Origin: an uncultured Pirellulales bacterium
GTDB lineage: Bacteria > Planctomycetota > Phycisphaerae > Sedimentisphaerales > Anaerobacaceae
Reading direction: 5' to 3'
DNA: 64,000 bases
Assembly (NCBI GenBank): GCA_964556885.1
Contig: CAZKYP010000001.1
Coordinates: 2,122 to 66,121, forward strand
Shown in pieces: positions 17,619 through 27,510 of this stretch. The first letter of the stretch is position 1. Every line of letters begins with the position of its first letter. The position numbers and the translations under genes were made by a program. Below the pieces are notes generated by a model, which was not told the DNA's origin, searched no databases, and saw nothing but the letters and a program-made list of their open reading frames with translations.

Positions 17619-19076
17619 CTATACATACATATGCTTATTTTTTGCTTTTCCCCTGTTTTTGATATCCTTCAATAAATCATCGAACTTCCGGCGAAATTCA
17701 TTTAATCGCTCAATTTGCATCTTGTATGGTTTGATATAAAATCTGTCATTGTTGTGATAGTGAAAGCCCGGCGTCCGCCAGAGATTGTCGATGTCCATTT
17801 CGTCGATGAATAGCCGGTCTTTCATCGCCTGCTCGAAGACCGATGTACCGGGCAATGGCATAAGATTCGTAACATATACTTCATCGACATCAATCTCTTT
17901 TATCATGTCGTACGATTCCTGAAGCGTCTGCGGAGTCTCCTCCGGGAAACCGATTACGAAATATGCCTTCAAATATAGATCCTGATATTTTCTTAGTAAT
18001 CCCACCACTTCGTAAATCCTGTCCCGTGACAGATGTTTGCCGATTACCTTATTGCGAATAAAATCCGACCCGCTTTCTATGGCAATGGCGCCTCTTACCC
18101 AACCGGCCTGGACCATCGCGTCCGCTGCTTCATGGTCAAGTGGTGCGACGCTCAAACCATTCGGGGTTTCGAATTGGATATCGAGTTTTCTCTCTATAAT
18201 TTCATTACAAATCGTAATTATGTGCTTTTTTTTCAGATTGATATTATCATCCATAAAGCTGAAGTGGTTCAGACCATAATAGTCATGCAACATTTGCATC
18301 TCGTCAACCACATTTTCGGGATTCCTAAATCTGATTTTCGGCCCCATGACCATATACATCGAACAGAAATTACACCTGTTTGGACAACTCCTGCTCGATA
18401 TGATCGGAACTGTCATACCAAATGAAAGCTGCTTTGGATTGTGCCAGTGGGCTATAGAGTGATAATAGTCCCTGAAATTAATCAAATCGTAAGCAGGGAA
18501 AGCCAGATCGTTCAAATCTTCGATGAAATTTTTCTTGGCGTTTACAATCACCTGACCATCTTTACGATACGCAACTCCTTCCAGCCCGGACAATCCACCG
18601 AGGTCGTCTTTATTAATGGCTTTTGCTATAGTGACAATCTGTTGTTCTCCCTCGCCGATTACCACGTAATCTATCGAAAGGCAATTGGTAATGATTTGCT
18701 CAGCAAATATTGTCGGGTGCATTCCGCCAATGACAATTGGAATATGGTTGTATTCTGCCCGTACCCGCTCCGAAAATTTCAGTATTGGTGGGAATTGTCC
18801 GGAAAACAGACAGCCAAAACCAATAAGTAAGGGGCGAAACTCAGCTATGTGCTGAAGAATGATCTCTTCACAGAAAGTTGTTCTGTAAGTATTCTTCTCC
18901 CAGGGTTTATAGATATTTAAATCGAGTATTTTCACTTCAATCCCGTTACACTGTAAAGCAGCGGCAAGATATAAAAGTGAAGTGGGGGGTATGTATTCCT
19001 TGTTCGGCAGAAAATCGAGCGTTGACGGATTGACCAGTAATACGCCCGTATGTTCTTTTTTATCAATCCTTTTCAT
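17619..19076 (-). CDS. B12-binding-domain radical SAM enzyme (class B, probable methyltransferase)
   Basis: The N-terminal half looks like a Rossmann-type cobalamin-binding domain (LLIGFGCLFSGQF...VIGGMHPT). It is followed by the CxxxCxxC cluster SRSCPNRCNFCSM. Confidence 0.8.
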   Translation of the reverse strand: MKRIDKKEHTGVLLVNPSTLDFLPNKEYIPPTSLLYLAAALQCNGIEVKILDLNIYKPWEKNTYRTTFCEEIILQHIAEFRPLLIGFGCLFSGQFPPILKFSERVRAEYNHIPIVIGGMHPTIFAEQIITNCLSIDYVVIGEGEQQIVTIAKAINKDDLGGLSGLEGVAYRKDGQVIVNAKKNFIEDLNDLAFPAYDLINFRDYYHSIAHWHNPKQLSFGMTVPIISSRSCPNRCNFCSMYMVMGPKIRFRNPENVVDEMQMLHDYYGLNHFSFMDDNINLKKKHIITICNEIIERKLDIQFETPNGLSVAPLDHEAADAMVQAGWVRGAIAIESGSDFIRNKVIGKHLSRDRIYEVVGLLRKYQDLYLKAYFVIGFPEETPQTLQESYDMIKEIDVDEVYVTNLMPLPGTSVFEQAMKDRLFIDEMDIDNLWRTPGFHYHNNDRFYIKPYKMQIERLNEFRRKFDDLLKDIKNRGKAKNKHMYV

Positions 19077-19102
19077 TATGTTAAACTCTCCTGTTTTAAC
19101 AT

Positions 19103-20050
19103 CTACTTGATCGGTCTCCAGACCACGTAAGAATGAGAATCATCGAAGAAATTGCCGAGTTGCTGATGATGAACCTTAATTATCTCAATCCTGCCCTGTT
19201 CCTGAAGTTGACGCAGGTGGGTCAAAAAGCCATTCAAGTAGTTCTTTCTCTTATGATATTTCAATGCCAGATAGTCCGGCAGGGCGTCCTGGTTATAAAG
19301 CTCTATAATTCCCTCTATATTTGCACACAGTTCTGGAGACCTTTTCAGGATAAATTCCAGAAAAGGCCCGAAGTTATCTCCGACCTGTTCCAATGCCCCG
19401 AAAGTAAAGATTGCACTGTCGGGTTCTATCTGTATGTTTTCATCCGGGCTGAAAAAATCAAAATAACCGCCTGTGATAGACCAGTTATAGTGTTTAACCA
19501 ATAAACTTATAATTTCCTGTGAGGTTTGCGTCCAGTCGAAGCCGTAGAGCTTTTTATCTGGAAAAATTGTTGCCAGGTAGGCAAGATGCTGTGCTGCTCC
19601 ACAACCGAACTCATAAATATTTTTCACGTTTTGGAAAAATTTCTGAAAAAACCAGCTTCGAAACAGTTTAGTAGCGTTTACGAAAAAATTCTCATCGAGC
19701 GGAATAACATATTTCAGGTTAAGCCTGACTGAGACGTGTTTTCTGAAATATTTTGGAAATAACTTATCTATGTCAAAACCGGATTCGATTAATTCCTGTA
19801 AGTTTTCACCCCATCCTTTTTCCCATGCCGAGATTCTTTGTGGGCCTGTGACGGTTATTTCTTCGGAATCTATGAATTTAAGAAGTTTAAGGATTAATTG
19901 TTCTTTTTTCTCTCCGTCGATTATTCTATATCGAAAATCCGACTTCTCGATATGCTCTGCACAAAACTGTATGATTTCTTCTTCTGTTGCACCGAAAAGT
20001 TCGGCGAAATCTTTCCCTGTAAGATTATAAAATTTTTCACTATCGGCCAT
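19103..20050 (-). CDS. Class I SAM-dependent methyltransferase
   Basis: Glycine-rich motif I IYEFGCGAAQHLAYLA is followed by the acidic loop KLYGFDW. Confidence 0.65.
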   Translation of the reverse strand: MADSEKFYNLTGKDFAELFGATEEEIIQFCAEHIEKSDFRYRIIDGEKKEQLILKLLKFIDSEEITVTGPQRISAWEKGWGENLQELIESGFDIDKLFPKYFRKHVSVRLNLKYVIPLDENFFVNATKLFRSWFFQKFFQNVKNIYEFGCGAAQHLAYLATIFPDKKLYGFDWTQTSQEIISLLVKHYNWSITGGYFDFFSPDENIQIEPDSAIFTFGALEQVGDNFGPFLEFILKRSPELCANIEGIIELYNQDALPDYLALKYHKRKNYLNGFLTHLRQLQEQGRIEIIKVHHQQLGNFFDDSHSYVVWRPIK

Positions 20051-20080
20051 TTACACAATCCTTTGTTCCGAATACGAGCA

Positions 20081-21199
20081 TCAGATAACATTTATATGAC
20101 GTGGCGGATTGGCCATTTCATAGAGATACCCGTTGATTGAGTGCTGTTTACAGCAGAATTTCTGACACTTGTCCGTCTTGATTTCATCGTAAAAACGGTC
20201 GATAACCTGTCGCCACTGTTCGCTCTGCCAGATTTCCCCGAAGCGTTTCTCCTTCAGGTCACCCAGACAATACCTTTCATCCCGCCAACAGAGCTGACAG
20301 GGATACATTTTACCGTCTGCATCTATGTGTGTTTCGAATTCCACACCGTAACATTTTTTATAAGTCCGGGCAGGCGTGCTGACATTCATGAAATAATCAA
20401 GGTATTGCTCATTAAGGAAGACTTTGAAGTTTTCATCCTCCAGCGCCTTTGCCTCGGTAAACTTATCATTGTATTTCTGGTGGAAGGAGTTGCGCTGCCA
20501 GTGGTGATTTTTATTATGCCCCATCACAACAGACGGACAGGGTTTGAAGGCGTTAATCCCGATATTCTTGAGCAGGCGGGCAGTCTCTGCGATATAGGGA
20601 GTACTAAAGTCGAAAACGATATATGTTGCTATAATCACGACATCAAGGTTATCCCTGTCTCTTATCTTTACCGCTTCTTCCAGGGCATTGATAACAGAAT
20701 GAAAATGTGACTCGGGGCAGCCATGTAGCTTTGCATAAAATTCGGCATTATGTGCCAGGGAACTGACCCGCAAAAATGACAGGCTGGATTCAACCTTCTC
20801 CAGGATTTCCTTATTCAGAAGCACACCGTTTGTGACCAGACATATATCCATACCGGCTTTTTTACCAGTTACAATAGCGTCGGGGACTGCCTTGTTAAGC
20901 AGCGGCTCACCCGTTCCCTGAAGCTCACAGCATTTGACACCGGCTTCACCCATATCATGAAATATTTTTATGAGCAAATCTTCAGGAATAGACAAATTCT
21001 TGAATCCGAGATGCTCTACGTAGCAGTAGAAGCATTTCTGATTGCATCGATTTGTGGCGCTGACTTCCACGTACAACGGCGGAAACTTCTTGCCTTCTTT
21101 CCACTTTTGCAATGTATCGAGATGGTGGAAGATTCCGTGCAGACCGTCATAAGCGCCAAGCTTTATTCGTTGCGATTTTTTCTTTTTATCAGGTTCCAC
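20081..21199 (-). CDS. Radical SAM enzyme with C-terminal SPASM/twitch-type Cys-rich domain
   Basis: Has the cluster motif ATNRCNQKCFYCYV. The C-terminal auxiliary-cluster pattern is CYGVEFETHIDADGKMYPCQLC...LGDLKEKRFGEIW...DKCQKFCC. Confidence 0.8.
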   Translation of the reverse strand: MEPDKKKKSQRIKLGAYDGLHGIFHHLDTLQKWKEGKKFPPLYVEVSATNRCNQKCFYCYVEHLGFKNLSIPEDLLIKIFHDMGEAGVKCCELQGTGEPLLNKAVPDAIVTGKKAGMDICLVTNGVLLNKEILEKVESSLSFLRVSSLAHNAEFYAKLHGCPESHFHSVINALEEAVKIRDRDNLDVVIIATYIVFDFSTPYIAETARLLKNIGINAFKPCPSVVMGHNKNHHWQRNSFHQKYNDKFTEAKALEDENFKVFLNEQYLDYFMNVSTPARTYKKCYGVEFETHIDADGKMYPCQLCWRDERYCLGDLKEKRFGEIWQSEQWRQVIDRFYDEIKTDKCQKFCCKQHSINGYLYEMANPPRHINVI

Positions 21200-22409
21200 T
21201 GGACATACACTCCTTTGGCGTAGATTTTTTTACATCATTATTAATTCTGGCAAAACGGTCCTGCATAAAACCGGTGCCGTCTATATTATGCACAATGCCG
21301 GCTTTCTTTAACTCGACCTCGATAATTTTAAGGCGTTTATTCATTGTCTCGTCGTCAATCTTGTCGTCCCTGTTTGATGAGACGGCGCCGGGAGCGTCAT
21401 AATATTTGCTGACCAGAGCATACGCGGGCTTATAAACTCTCAGGAAATCAATCGTCTCCATGAAGTCACTTTCAGTCTCCGATGGAAAACCGACAATAAT
21501 ATGTGTATCGAAGGCTCTGAAATTCAAATCAATCATCAGGCCGAATACCTTATCCAAATCCTTTCTGTTGTACTGACGCTTCATTGCAGCGAGGATCCTG
21601 TCTGATGCCGACTGGATCGGAAGGTTGATATGTATCAGCCAGCCGTCTTCGATAAACTGCTTCATATCATCGTAAAAATCCAGGAAGTTCTTAGGATGAT
21701 AGTTTTGCAGGGCATAGACGGTCTGGGGATATTCGCAGCGCAGACGTCGGATAAGTTGTGGAAGGGAAGAGCCTGTGTCGATTCCATACATTCCGAGGCA
21801 GTCACCAAGAAGGATAATGCGACGCTGGCCCTGTTGTTCAATCGGTACGCGGCAGACCTCAACGAGTTCATCTTCGCTTACGCTTTTATAAGGCGGAAAA
21901 GCAAGCTTTTCAGTGCAATATACACAATTATATGGACAACCCTGACTAATAAGCAGTTTGAAAAATTGGTCTGCAAAAATAACATCCTCTTCGGGATGGA
22001 GTTCTCTGTATTCTGATGCGTCTGTGCAGATCGCATTTTCGTAATAGACCGGTGAGTATTTGTCAAACGAACCGGCTGGGGCGCCGAAATATTCATCGAG
22101 AAATTTCCCCTCCTTTTTCCAGGGGATAATTTTACCTTTAAAACTACCTTCAAGAAGCTTCCTGTCTATATCGGGAAGACAACCAAGCGATATGACCTCT
22201 CCGGGATATTCCCTGCTGCTGCGTTTTAACTCGGAAATACTGTTGTCGACCACATCTTTTCTATAGCCGCAGGTCCAGACCAGAATAACGTCGCTGTCGT
22301 ATGGATTGGATACGACTTCGTGACCGGTACTTTTCAAAAAACACCTATAATGCAAAAGGCTTTGCCTGCGGAGGGCACAAATGTTCAGTCCCTTGATATA
22401 AACTTTCAT
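21189..22409 (-). CDS. Radical SAM enzyme with MiaB/RimO-like (methylthiotransferase-type) N-terminal domain
   Basis: The N-terminal block DVILVWTCGYRKDVVDNSI resembles the MTTase N-domain. The radical SAM motif is SQGCPYNCVYCTE. It overlaps the downstream gene by 11 nt. Confidence 0.7.
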   Translation of the reverse strand: MKVYIKGLNICALRRQSLLHYRCFLKSTGHEVVSNPYDSDVILVWTCGYRKDVVDNSISELKRSSREYPGEVISLGCLPDIDRKLLEGSFKGKIIPWKKEGKFLDEYFGAPAGSFDKYSPVYYENAICTDASEYRELHPEEDVIFADQFFKLLISQGCPYNCVYCTEKLAFPPYKSVSEDELVEVCRVPIEQQGQRRIILLGDCLGMYGIDTGSSLPQLIRRLRCEYPQTVYALQNYHPKNFLDFYDDMKQFIEDGWLIHINLPIQSASDRILAAMKRQYNRKDLDKVFGLMIDLNFRAFDTHIIVGFPSETESDFMETIDFLRVYKPAYALVSKYYDAPGAVSSNRDDKIDDETMNKRLKIIEVELKKAGIVHNIDGTGFMQDRFARINNDVKKSTPKECMSSGT

Positions 22410-22472
22410 TTTTTCAGTTTCTCCACTATATCACAAGATTTATATGACAATCTAATTTAACTTCTTGAGTTT

Positions 22473-23273
22473 TTATTCCACTTCCAGATATGAAAGTCTC
22501 GAAGTCATTGACATACGCTGTATTCGCATTTTGCGCATGTCAATCGCCTCCCGCAACGCGGCCGTTTCTCCCGGGAAAACATTGTCTACCAAGTCGTCGA
22601 AAACAAGAATGCTTCCCTTGCAAAGATACGGTTGAATAATTTCAAGTGCTGCCTTTGTAGGGGTATAGATATCCATGTCAAAGACTGCCAGCGAAACAAT
22701 GGTCTCGGGATGTTTTTCAAGATAAACCGGAAGAGTCTGTACGACGTCACCTTTAATCAGCTCGAATTTCTTTATATGACTGATTGGATTAAGTTGCTCC
22801 TGGAGTGTGAGAATTTTATCGAGATGATTTTCATAGTTGCTCGTCACGGCGAAGGCGCCATCTTTACAATTATGATTGGAGCCATCTTGTTCGCACATAC
22901 CAGTGTGTCCGCGGAAAGTGTCGAATCCTACGATTTTTCGTGTGCGGTTAAAAGGCTCGAATATGCCACGTAACGACGAAAGGATAGACACTGTCTGTCC
23001 CCAGCGTGTCCCGAATTCGATAATGATGCCGTGCATATTTACAATCTTTTTGTATATTTCATAGAAAAACAAAAGCCTGGAGAAATTCTTGCTTGTAAGG
23101 TATAATCCCAGATTTGACAGAAGCTCATCGTCCGGAATCGGGCTGCTTTTAAGTATTTCAACGAGCTTCATCTGAGTCTCTTTTTCATCCGTACTGGAAT
23201 GGACAATATTTGAAACATTTTGAGTTTGCTTCGTTTCATTGCTCCTGACGTCGGTATATTCTTTTAATTTCAT
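22473..23273 (-). CDS. TylF/MycF-family sugar O-methyltransferase-like protein
   Basis: Contains GIIIEFGTRWGQTVSIL and the metal/SAM fold block LAVFDMDIYTPTKAALEIIQPYLCKGSILVFDD. This resembles the macrocin O-methyltransferase family. Confidence 0.65.
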   Translation of the reverse strand: MKLKEYTDVRSNETKQTQNVSNIVHSSTDEKETQMKLVEILKSSPIPDDELLSNLGLYLTSKNFSRLLFFYEIYKKIVNMHGIIIEFGTRWGQTVSILSSLRGIFEPFNRTRKIVGFDTFRGHTGMCEQDGSNHNCKDGAFAVTSNYENHLDKILTLQEQLNPISHIKKFELIKGDVVQTLPVYLEKHPETIVSLAVFDMDIYTPTKAALEIIQPYLCKGSILVFDDLVDNVFPGETAALREAIDMRKMRIQRMSMTSRLSYLEVE

Positions 23274-23322
23274 TTTTTATTCTCTTTCAGTGTTTATTGT
23301 TTACTCTTGCAGTAGGAGAATT

Positions 23323-24690
23323 TCAGCATGGTATTCCTTTCATTGCCATCTCCAGCCTATTGAGCAATTGTCCGGCCGGAAGATTGTCCTTATATAATAA
23401 CAATTCCGCCTCACATGCCTTTTTTGCATAGCCCAGCTTGCCCAACTGAGCCAGGGCCGTCGCTCTGGCAAATTCCAGATTAGGAAGCCACGGTGAAATT
23501 TCCTTAGCCTTGTCCAGGCTGATTAAAGCGTTCTGGGGCTCGCCGGCTTGCAGCTTTGCAACACCGTCTTTCATCAAGTCTGTAAAATTCGGGTAGCTGC
23601 CTACAAGAAGATTCATGTAATCATTCGCCTTTTCCTTCTGGCCGGATTCCAGGAACGATGAAATAAGTAATTTGAGAGAACCAACATCGTCGAATGATTT
23701 TTCGAGTTTCAATTTGTCGAGTATTTTACCCCAGAAGTTTTCAGGCCTGCAGAGTTCGAATGCTTTGCGTCTGCCGTTTTCAGCTATTGCAATTCGTTCG
23801 GAATCGTGTGTCAGGTAATACCTTGCCTTTTCGGCCAGATCTCTTTCATCTTTGAAAGGGACGAATTCCACCATCGGTTCGAACCATCTCGGTGTTTCAG
23901 GGTTATCTGATTCCAGCAGCATTGTCCCGCATAAGGTCGACTCCATCAGGCGTCCCTTGTATGTCAGCTTATCACCGGAGCCGCAGAAATTAAGAGATAT
24001 TTTTGATCGCTTATATATTCCCGCGTATTCCTCGAGAGTGAGTCTGTCCTCCAGTTGGCCGCCGGTTTTATGCACATTGATTCCGGCCGCTCGCAGGGCA
24101 TTAATGCCTTTAATCCTGTCTTGTTTGTTTATGATGCGGCCGTTAAAACTGATATTGATGTCCCTTTCCAGTTTCGGATCAAAAAATATTGTTGTATCCG
24201 ATGAAAACGGCAGGCTCATGTATTTGTCCGGGCGGGCGATGTTCTTAAAGCTTTCTATAGGATCCGTGGTGATGCCGACGTCTACCAGCGGCATAATTTT
24301 CTCGGCAAGCCTGACTATCAGGTCCGCCCACGTATCGGGCCACATTGCAATAATAGGTATTCTCAGGTTTTTCCTGATAATATACAGAGTCTCGAATGTC
24401 GGATTCAGGTAATCGGGAGCACTGGGCAGCCAGACCAGTACGAAATAATCCGGCCGGACAGCTTTGCACATTTGAATCAATTCCGAATCAACAGGGCGTT
24501 TGAGGGTAAGGTAATGATCGTCAACCAGAAAAACATCATAGGTTGCAAAATCCCAGCCGTTAAGGGTATCCCATGTGAAGTACGCACAGTTGCTTGGTCC
24601 GCGGTTCGGTTCTCCCCTCAGCCACTTGGTGCCCCAGAACAGAAAATGAGGTTTTTCTCTCCGTTTATAATCTGTTTTTGATGCATCCAT
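23323..24690 (-). CDS. CgeB-like (Glyco_trans_1_2 / DUF3880-type) glycosyltransferase fused to C-terminal TPR
   Basis: The central block is YKRSKISLNF...RLMESTLCGTMLLESDNPETPRWFEPMVEFVPFKDERDLAEKARYYLTHDSERIAIAENGRRKA. The C-terminus holds TPR-like helices (ALISLDKAKEISPWLPNLEFARATALAQLGKLGYAKKACE). Confidence 0.65.
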   Translation of the reverse strand: MDASKTDYKRREKPHFLFWGTKWLRGEPNRGPSNCAYFTWDTLNGWDFATYDVFLVDDHYLTLKRPVDSELIQMCKAVRPDYFVLVWLPSAPDYLNPTFETLYIIRKNLRIPIIAMWPDTWADLIVRLAEKIMPLVDVGITTDPIESFKNIARPDKYMSLPFSSDTTIFFDPKLERDINISFNGRIINKQDRIKGINALRAAGINVHKTGGQLEDRLTLEEYAGIYKRSKISLNFCGSGDKLTYKGRLMESTLCGTMLLESDNPETPRWFEPMVEFVPFKDERDLAEKARYYLTHDSERIAIAENGRRKAFELCRPENFWGKILDKLKLEKSFDDVGSLKLLISSFLESGQKEKANDYMNLLVGSYPNFTDLMKDGVAKLQAGEPQNALISLDKAKEISPWLPNLEFARATALAQLGKLGYAKKACEAELLLYKDNLPAGQLLNRLEMAMKGIPC

Positions 24691-24721
24691 ATAAACGTCC
24701 TTTCAGACAAGGTCGACAGGC

Positions 24722-25654
24722 TTAAACGTTTGCATACTGGTTTCTTTTTATTACCTGATATCCTTTGATCAATTCTGTTATGCCGTCATCCAGTGAATAG
24801 ACTGGCTTGAATCCCGCCGCTTCTATCTTCTCGTTGCTTACTATATAATTCCTTTTGTCCGGGTCCAGTCCAACTTTAGCCTCGACAAAATAGAATTTTG
24901 GAACCTGCTTTTGAATCCGCTCGCACAATTGCCATTTGCTCAGGTTGGCGTCGCTCAGCCCGACATTATAAGGCTGGTCTTTCATGCGATTGAAGTTGTC
25001 CAGGCAATGCAGAAAAACCCTTGCCACATCGCGTATATGGATATAGTTCCGCATAAAATGTGCCTGATAAAGAACGATATAGCCGTCATTAACAGCGCGA
25101 TATGTAAAGTCATTGACCAGAAGGTCCAGCCGCATTCTCGGGCTTATACCGAAAACCGTAGCCAGCCTTAACGTAATTACATCACCATCGGATAACAAAT
25201 CTTTTTCTATATCCACCTTTAGTCTGCCGTAAAGCGAAACAGGCTTAAGTGGTGTATCTTCAGTACAATGAATACCTTCCTGACCAATCCCATATCCGCT
25301 GTTTGTTGTCGGAAAAACAATCATCTGGTTTCTGCTTCGCAGCTCGAGAATCATTTTTATAGCATCGTATATGATCGATTTGGCTTCGATTGGAAATTTA
25401 TCACAAAGTGGTGCACCCGTAAGGCACGCAAGAGGCAGGATAACGTCGGCTTTTTTAATATGTTTCGAAATCAGGGATTTATCTCTGACATCGCCGCGAA
25501 TTATGTCGAGATGTTTACTGTGACAGCAATCCAGCAGTGACGCCTGGTTGTACATAAAGTTGTCAATAACAGTGACATCATGGCCGCTGCTCAGTAATTC
25601 CGGGACCAGAACAGAGCCAAGGTATCCTGCACCGCCTGTAACTAAAACTTCCAT
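24722..25654 (-). CDS. NAD-dependent sugar-nucleotide epimerase/dehydratase/reductase (extended SDR)
   Basis: Has the N-terminal VLVTGGAGYLGS motif and the catalytic YxxxK in SLYGRLK. Confidence 0.85.
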   Translation of the reverse strand: MEVLVTGGAGYLGSVLVPELLSSGHDVTVIDNFMYNQASLLDCCHSKHLDIIRGDVRDKSLISKHIKKADVILPLACLTGAPLCDKFPIEAKSIIYDAIKMILELRSRNQMIVFPTTNSGYGIGQEGIHCTEDTPLKPVSLYGRLKVDIEKDLLSDGDVITLRLATVFGISPRMRLDLLVNDFTYRAVNDGYIVLYQAHFMRNYIHIRDVARVFLHCLDNFNRMKDQPYNVGLSDANLSKWQLCERIQKQVPKFYFVEAKVGLDPDKRNYIVSNEKIEAAGFKPVYSLDDGITELIKGYQVIKRNQYANV

Positions 25655-25673
25655 GTCGACCTTTTTAACGTTA

Positions 25674-26585
25674 CTAATTCCATTCCACGATTGTGTTTAC
25701 GATACTTTCTTTATCAAGTCCGAGTTTACAATGAATATCTTCCCGTATCCCGTATGTATATAAATGGTCATCCGATACGGCCAGCCGCTTCAATGGAACA
25801 GATACACCGGCATCAGTTAGAATTTCGGCAACGATACTTCCGAGTCCGCCATTGATTGTATGCTCTTCGATTGTTATTGCCTTTTTTATGTTTCTTACAG
25901 CTTGAAGAATGCTCTTCGTATCGATTGGTTTGAGCCTATACAGTTCAACAACCTGCGCTTCAATTGAATACTTGACAAGTTCCTTGGCGATCTCGAGCGC
26001 CCTGTGTACCATCATGCCGGTAGCGATGATACAAATATCCCAACCTTTCTTAAGGACGGAAAATCCTTTATCTATATTTTCGTTTTCTTTATGCAGCAGG
26101 GGGTATTTGCCCCTGTCGAGCCGGCAATAAACGGGTGTTTTGGCTCGAAGAGAGACGTCAACAAGAGCGGCTGCCATATTCGTGTCAGCCGGACTGTATA
26201 TGTGCATATTTGGAAGAGCACGCATAACGGCGATATCCTCGGTGGCGTGATGGGTCGGTCCGTCTACACCGTATGCATAGCAGGGCCCCACACCTATGAG
26301 AGTTACAGGCAGATTCATAGCGCACAAATCGATTTTCAACTGCTCGTAGCAACGCAGTGTAATAAAAGAAGCTATGCTGTACACATAAACCTTCTTGCCT
26401 GCTAAGGCCATACCGGCCGCGACTGAAATAAGATTCTGCTCTGAGATGCCGCCGTTGATAAACTGCTTCGACAGGTCCGCTCGGAATTTATCCAGACTCG
26501 GGGCGCCGTATTCATTGGACATAAAAATTATGTCAGGATCAGATTTTGCCCGAGTATATAGTTTCTGGATAAATGCGTCTCTCAT
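25674..26585 (-). CDS. Transketolase, C-terminal (pyrimidine-binding) subunit of a split enzyme
   Basis: Contains GISEQNLISVAAGMALAGKKVYVYS and GVDGPTHHATEDIAVMRALPNM. It is paired with the adjacent N-terminal subunit gene. Confidence 0.88.
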   Translation of the reverse strand: MRDAFIQKLYTRAKSDPDIIFMSNEYGAPSLDKFRADLSKQFINGGISEQNLISVAAGMALAGKKVYVYSIASFITLRCYEQLKIDLCAMNLPVTLIGVGPCYAYGVDGPTHHATEDIAVMRALPNMHIYSPADTNMAAALVDVSLRAKTPVYCRLDRGKYPLLHKENENIDKGFSVLKKGWDICIIATGMMVHRALEIAKELVKYSIEAQVVELYRLKPIDTKSILQAVRNIKKAITIEEHTINGGLGSIVAEILTDAGVSVPLKRLAVSDDHLYTYGIREDIHCKLGLDKESIVNTIVEWN

Positions 26586-26607
26586 ATTAGTTCCAAATAC
26601 TCTATAT

Positions 26608-27501
26608 CTAACCGCGTTCCAATTCTTCTATCGCCATTTTAATTTCTTCCTTACGGTTTAAGGAACGGACATGCCATGTCGGATCATTTTCCATAAAGGA
26701 AATGCCTTTACCTTTGACTGTTTCGGCGATGATAATCAACGGCGTGCAGGTATCTCTCGAACGGGCATAGCGAAAAGCCCCGTCAAGCTGGTTAAAATCA
26801 TGTCCGTTACATACGACAGTTTCCCATCCGAAGGACTTCCACTTGTCACCAAAAGGCTCAAGGCCCGTGAAATTGTCTGTGAAATCGATTGATCCGATGT
26901 GATTTCTGTCCACAATAGCGACTATATTGTCTAATTCATGTTTGCCGGCAAACATGGCGGCTTCCCAGACCGAGCCTTCGGTACATTCGGCATCACCCAT
27001 CAGTACGAACTGGAAGTGATTTTTGTTATCCATTTTCGCGGCCAGAGATATACCGGCCGCAATTCCAAGTCCATGACCGAGAGAACCGCTTGTGATTTCA
27101 ACGCCGGGTATAGCTCTGTCCGGATGTCCGCCGAGAAAACAGTCACCTCGTCGGTAGCGGGTTTCGAGCCATGATACGGGGAAAAAACCGAGGTCCGCCA
27201 AAACGGCATACAGGGCGGTTTCGCCGTGTCCTTTGCTTAACAAAAATCGGTCCCGGTCTTCCCACTCTGGGACACTCGGGTCAACATTCAAATTGTGACC
27301 ATAGTATAGAGAGACCAGAATATCGACACAGGAAAGTGACGAAACTATATGCCCTCCGGTGCTTATACACATTTGTAATACTTTTTTGCGTATTTGATTC
27401 GCTTTGTGTTCCAATTCAACCGCATTCAGATGAAGTTCTTTTAATGAAGCGATTATCGTTTCCATGTTACGTTTAGTGGTATCTTCTTTTATAATCTTCA
27501 A
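26608..27501 (-). CDS. Transketolase, N-terminal (ThDP-binding) subunit of a split enzyme
   Basis: Contains GGHIVSSLSCVDILVSLYY, LSKGHGETALYAVLADLG, GSLGHGLGIAAG and the ThDP motif GDAECTEGSVWEA. Confidence 0.88.
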   Translation of the reverse strand: MKIIKEDTTKRNMETIIASLKELHLNAVELEHKANQIRKKVLQMCISTGGHIVSSLSCVDILVSLYYGHNLNVDPSVPEWEDRDRFLLSKGHGETALYAVLADLGFFPVSWLETRYRRGDCFLGGHPDRAIPGVEITSGSLGHGLGIAAGISLAAKMDNKNHFQFVLMGDAECTEGSVWEAAMFAGKHELDNIVAIVDRNHIGSIDFTDNFTGLEPFGDKWKSFGWETVVCNGHDFNQLDGAFRYARSRDTCTPLIIIAETVKGKGISFMENDPTWHVRSLNRKEEIKMAIEELERG

Positions 27502-27510
27502 TATTAATCT

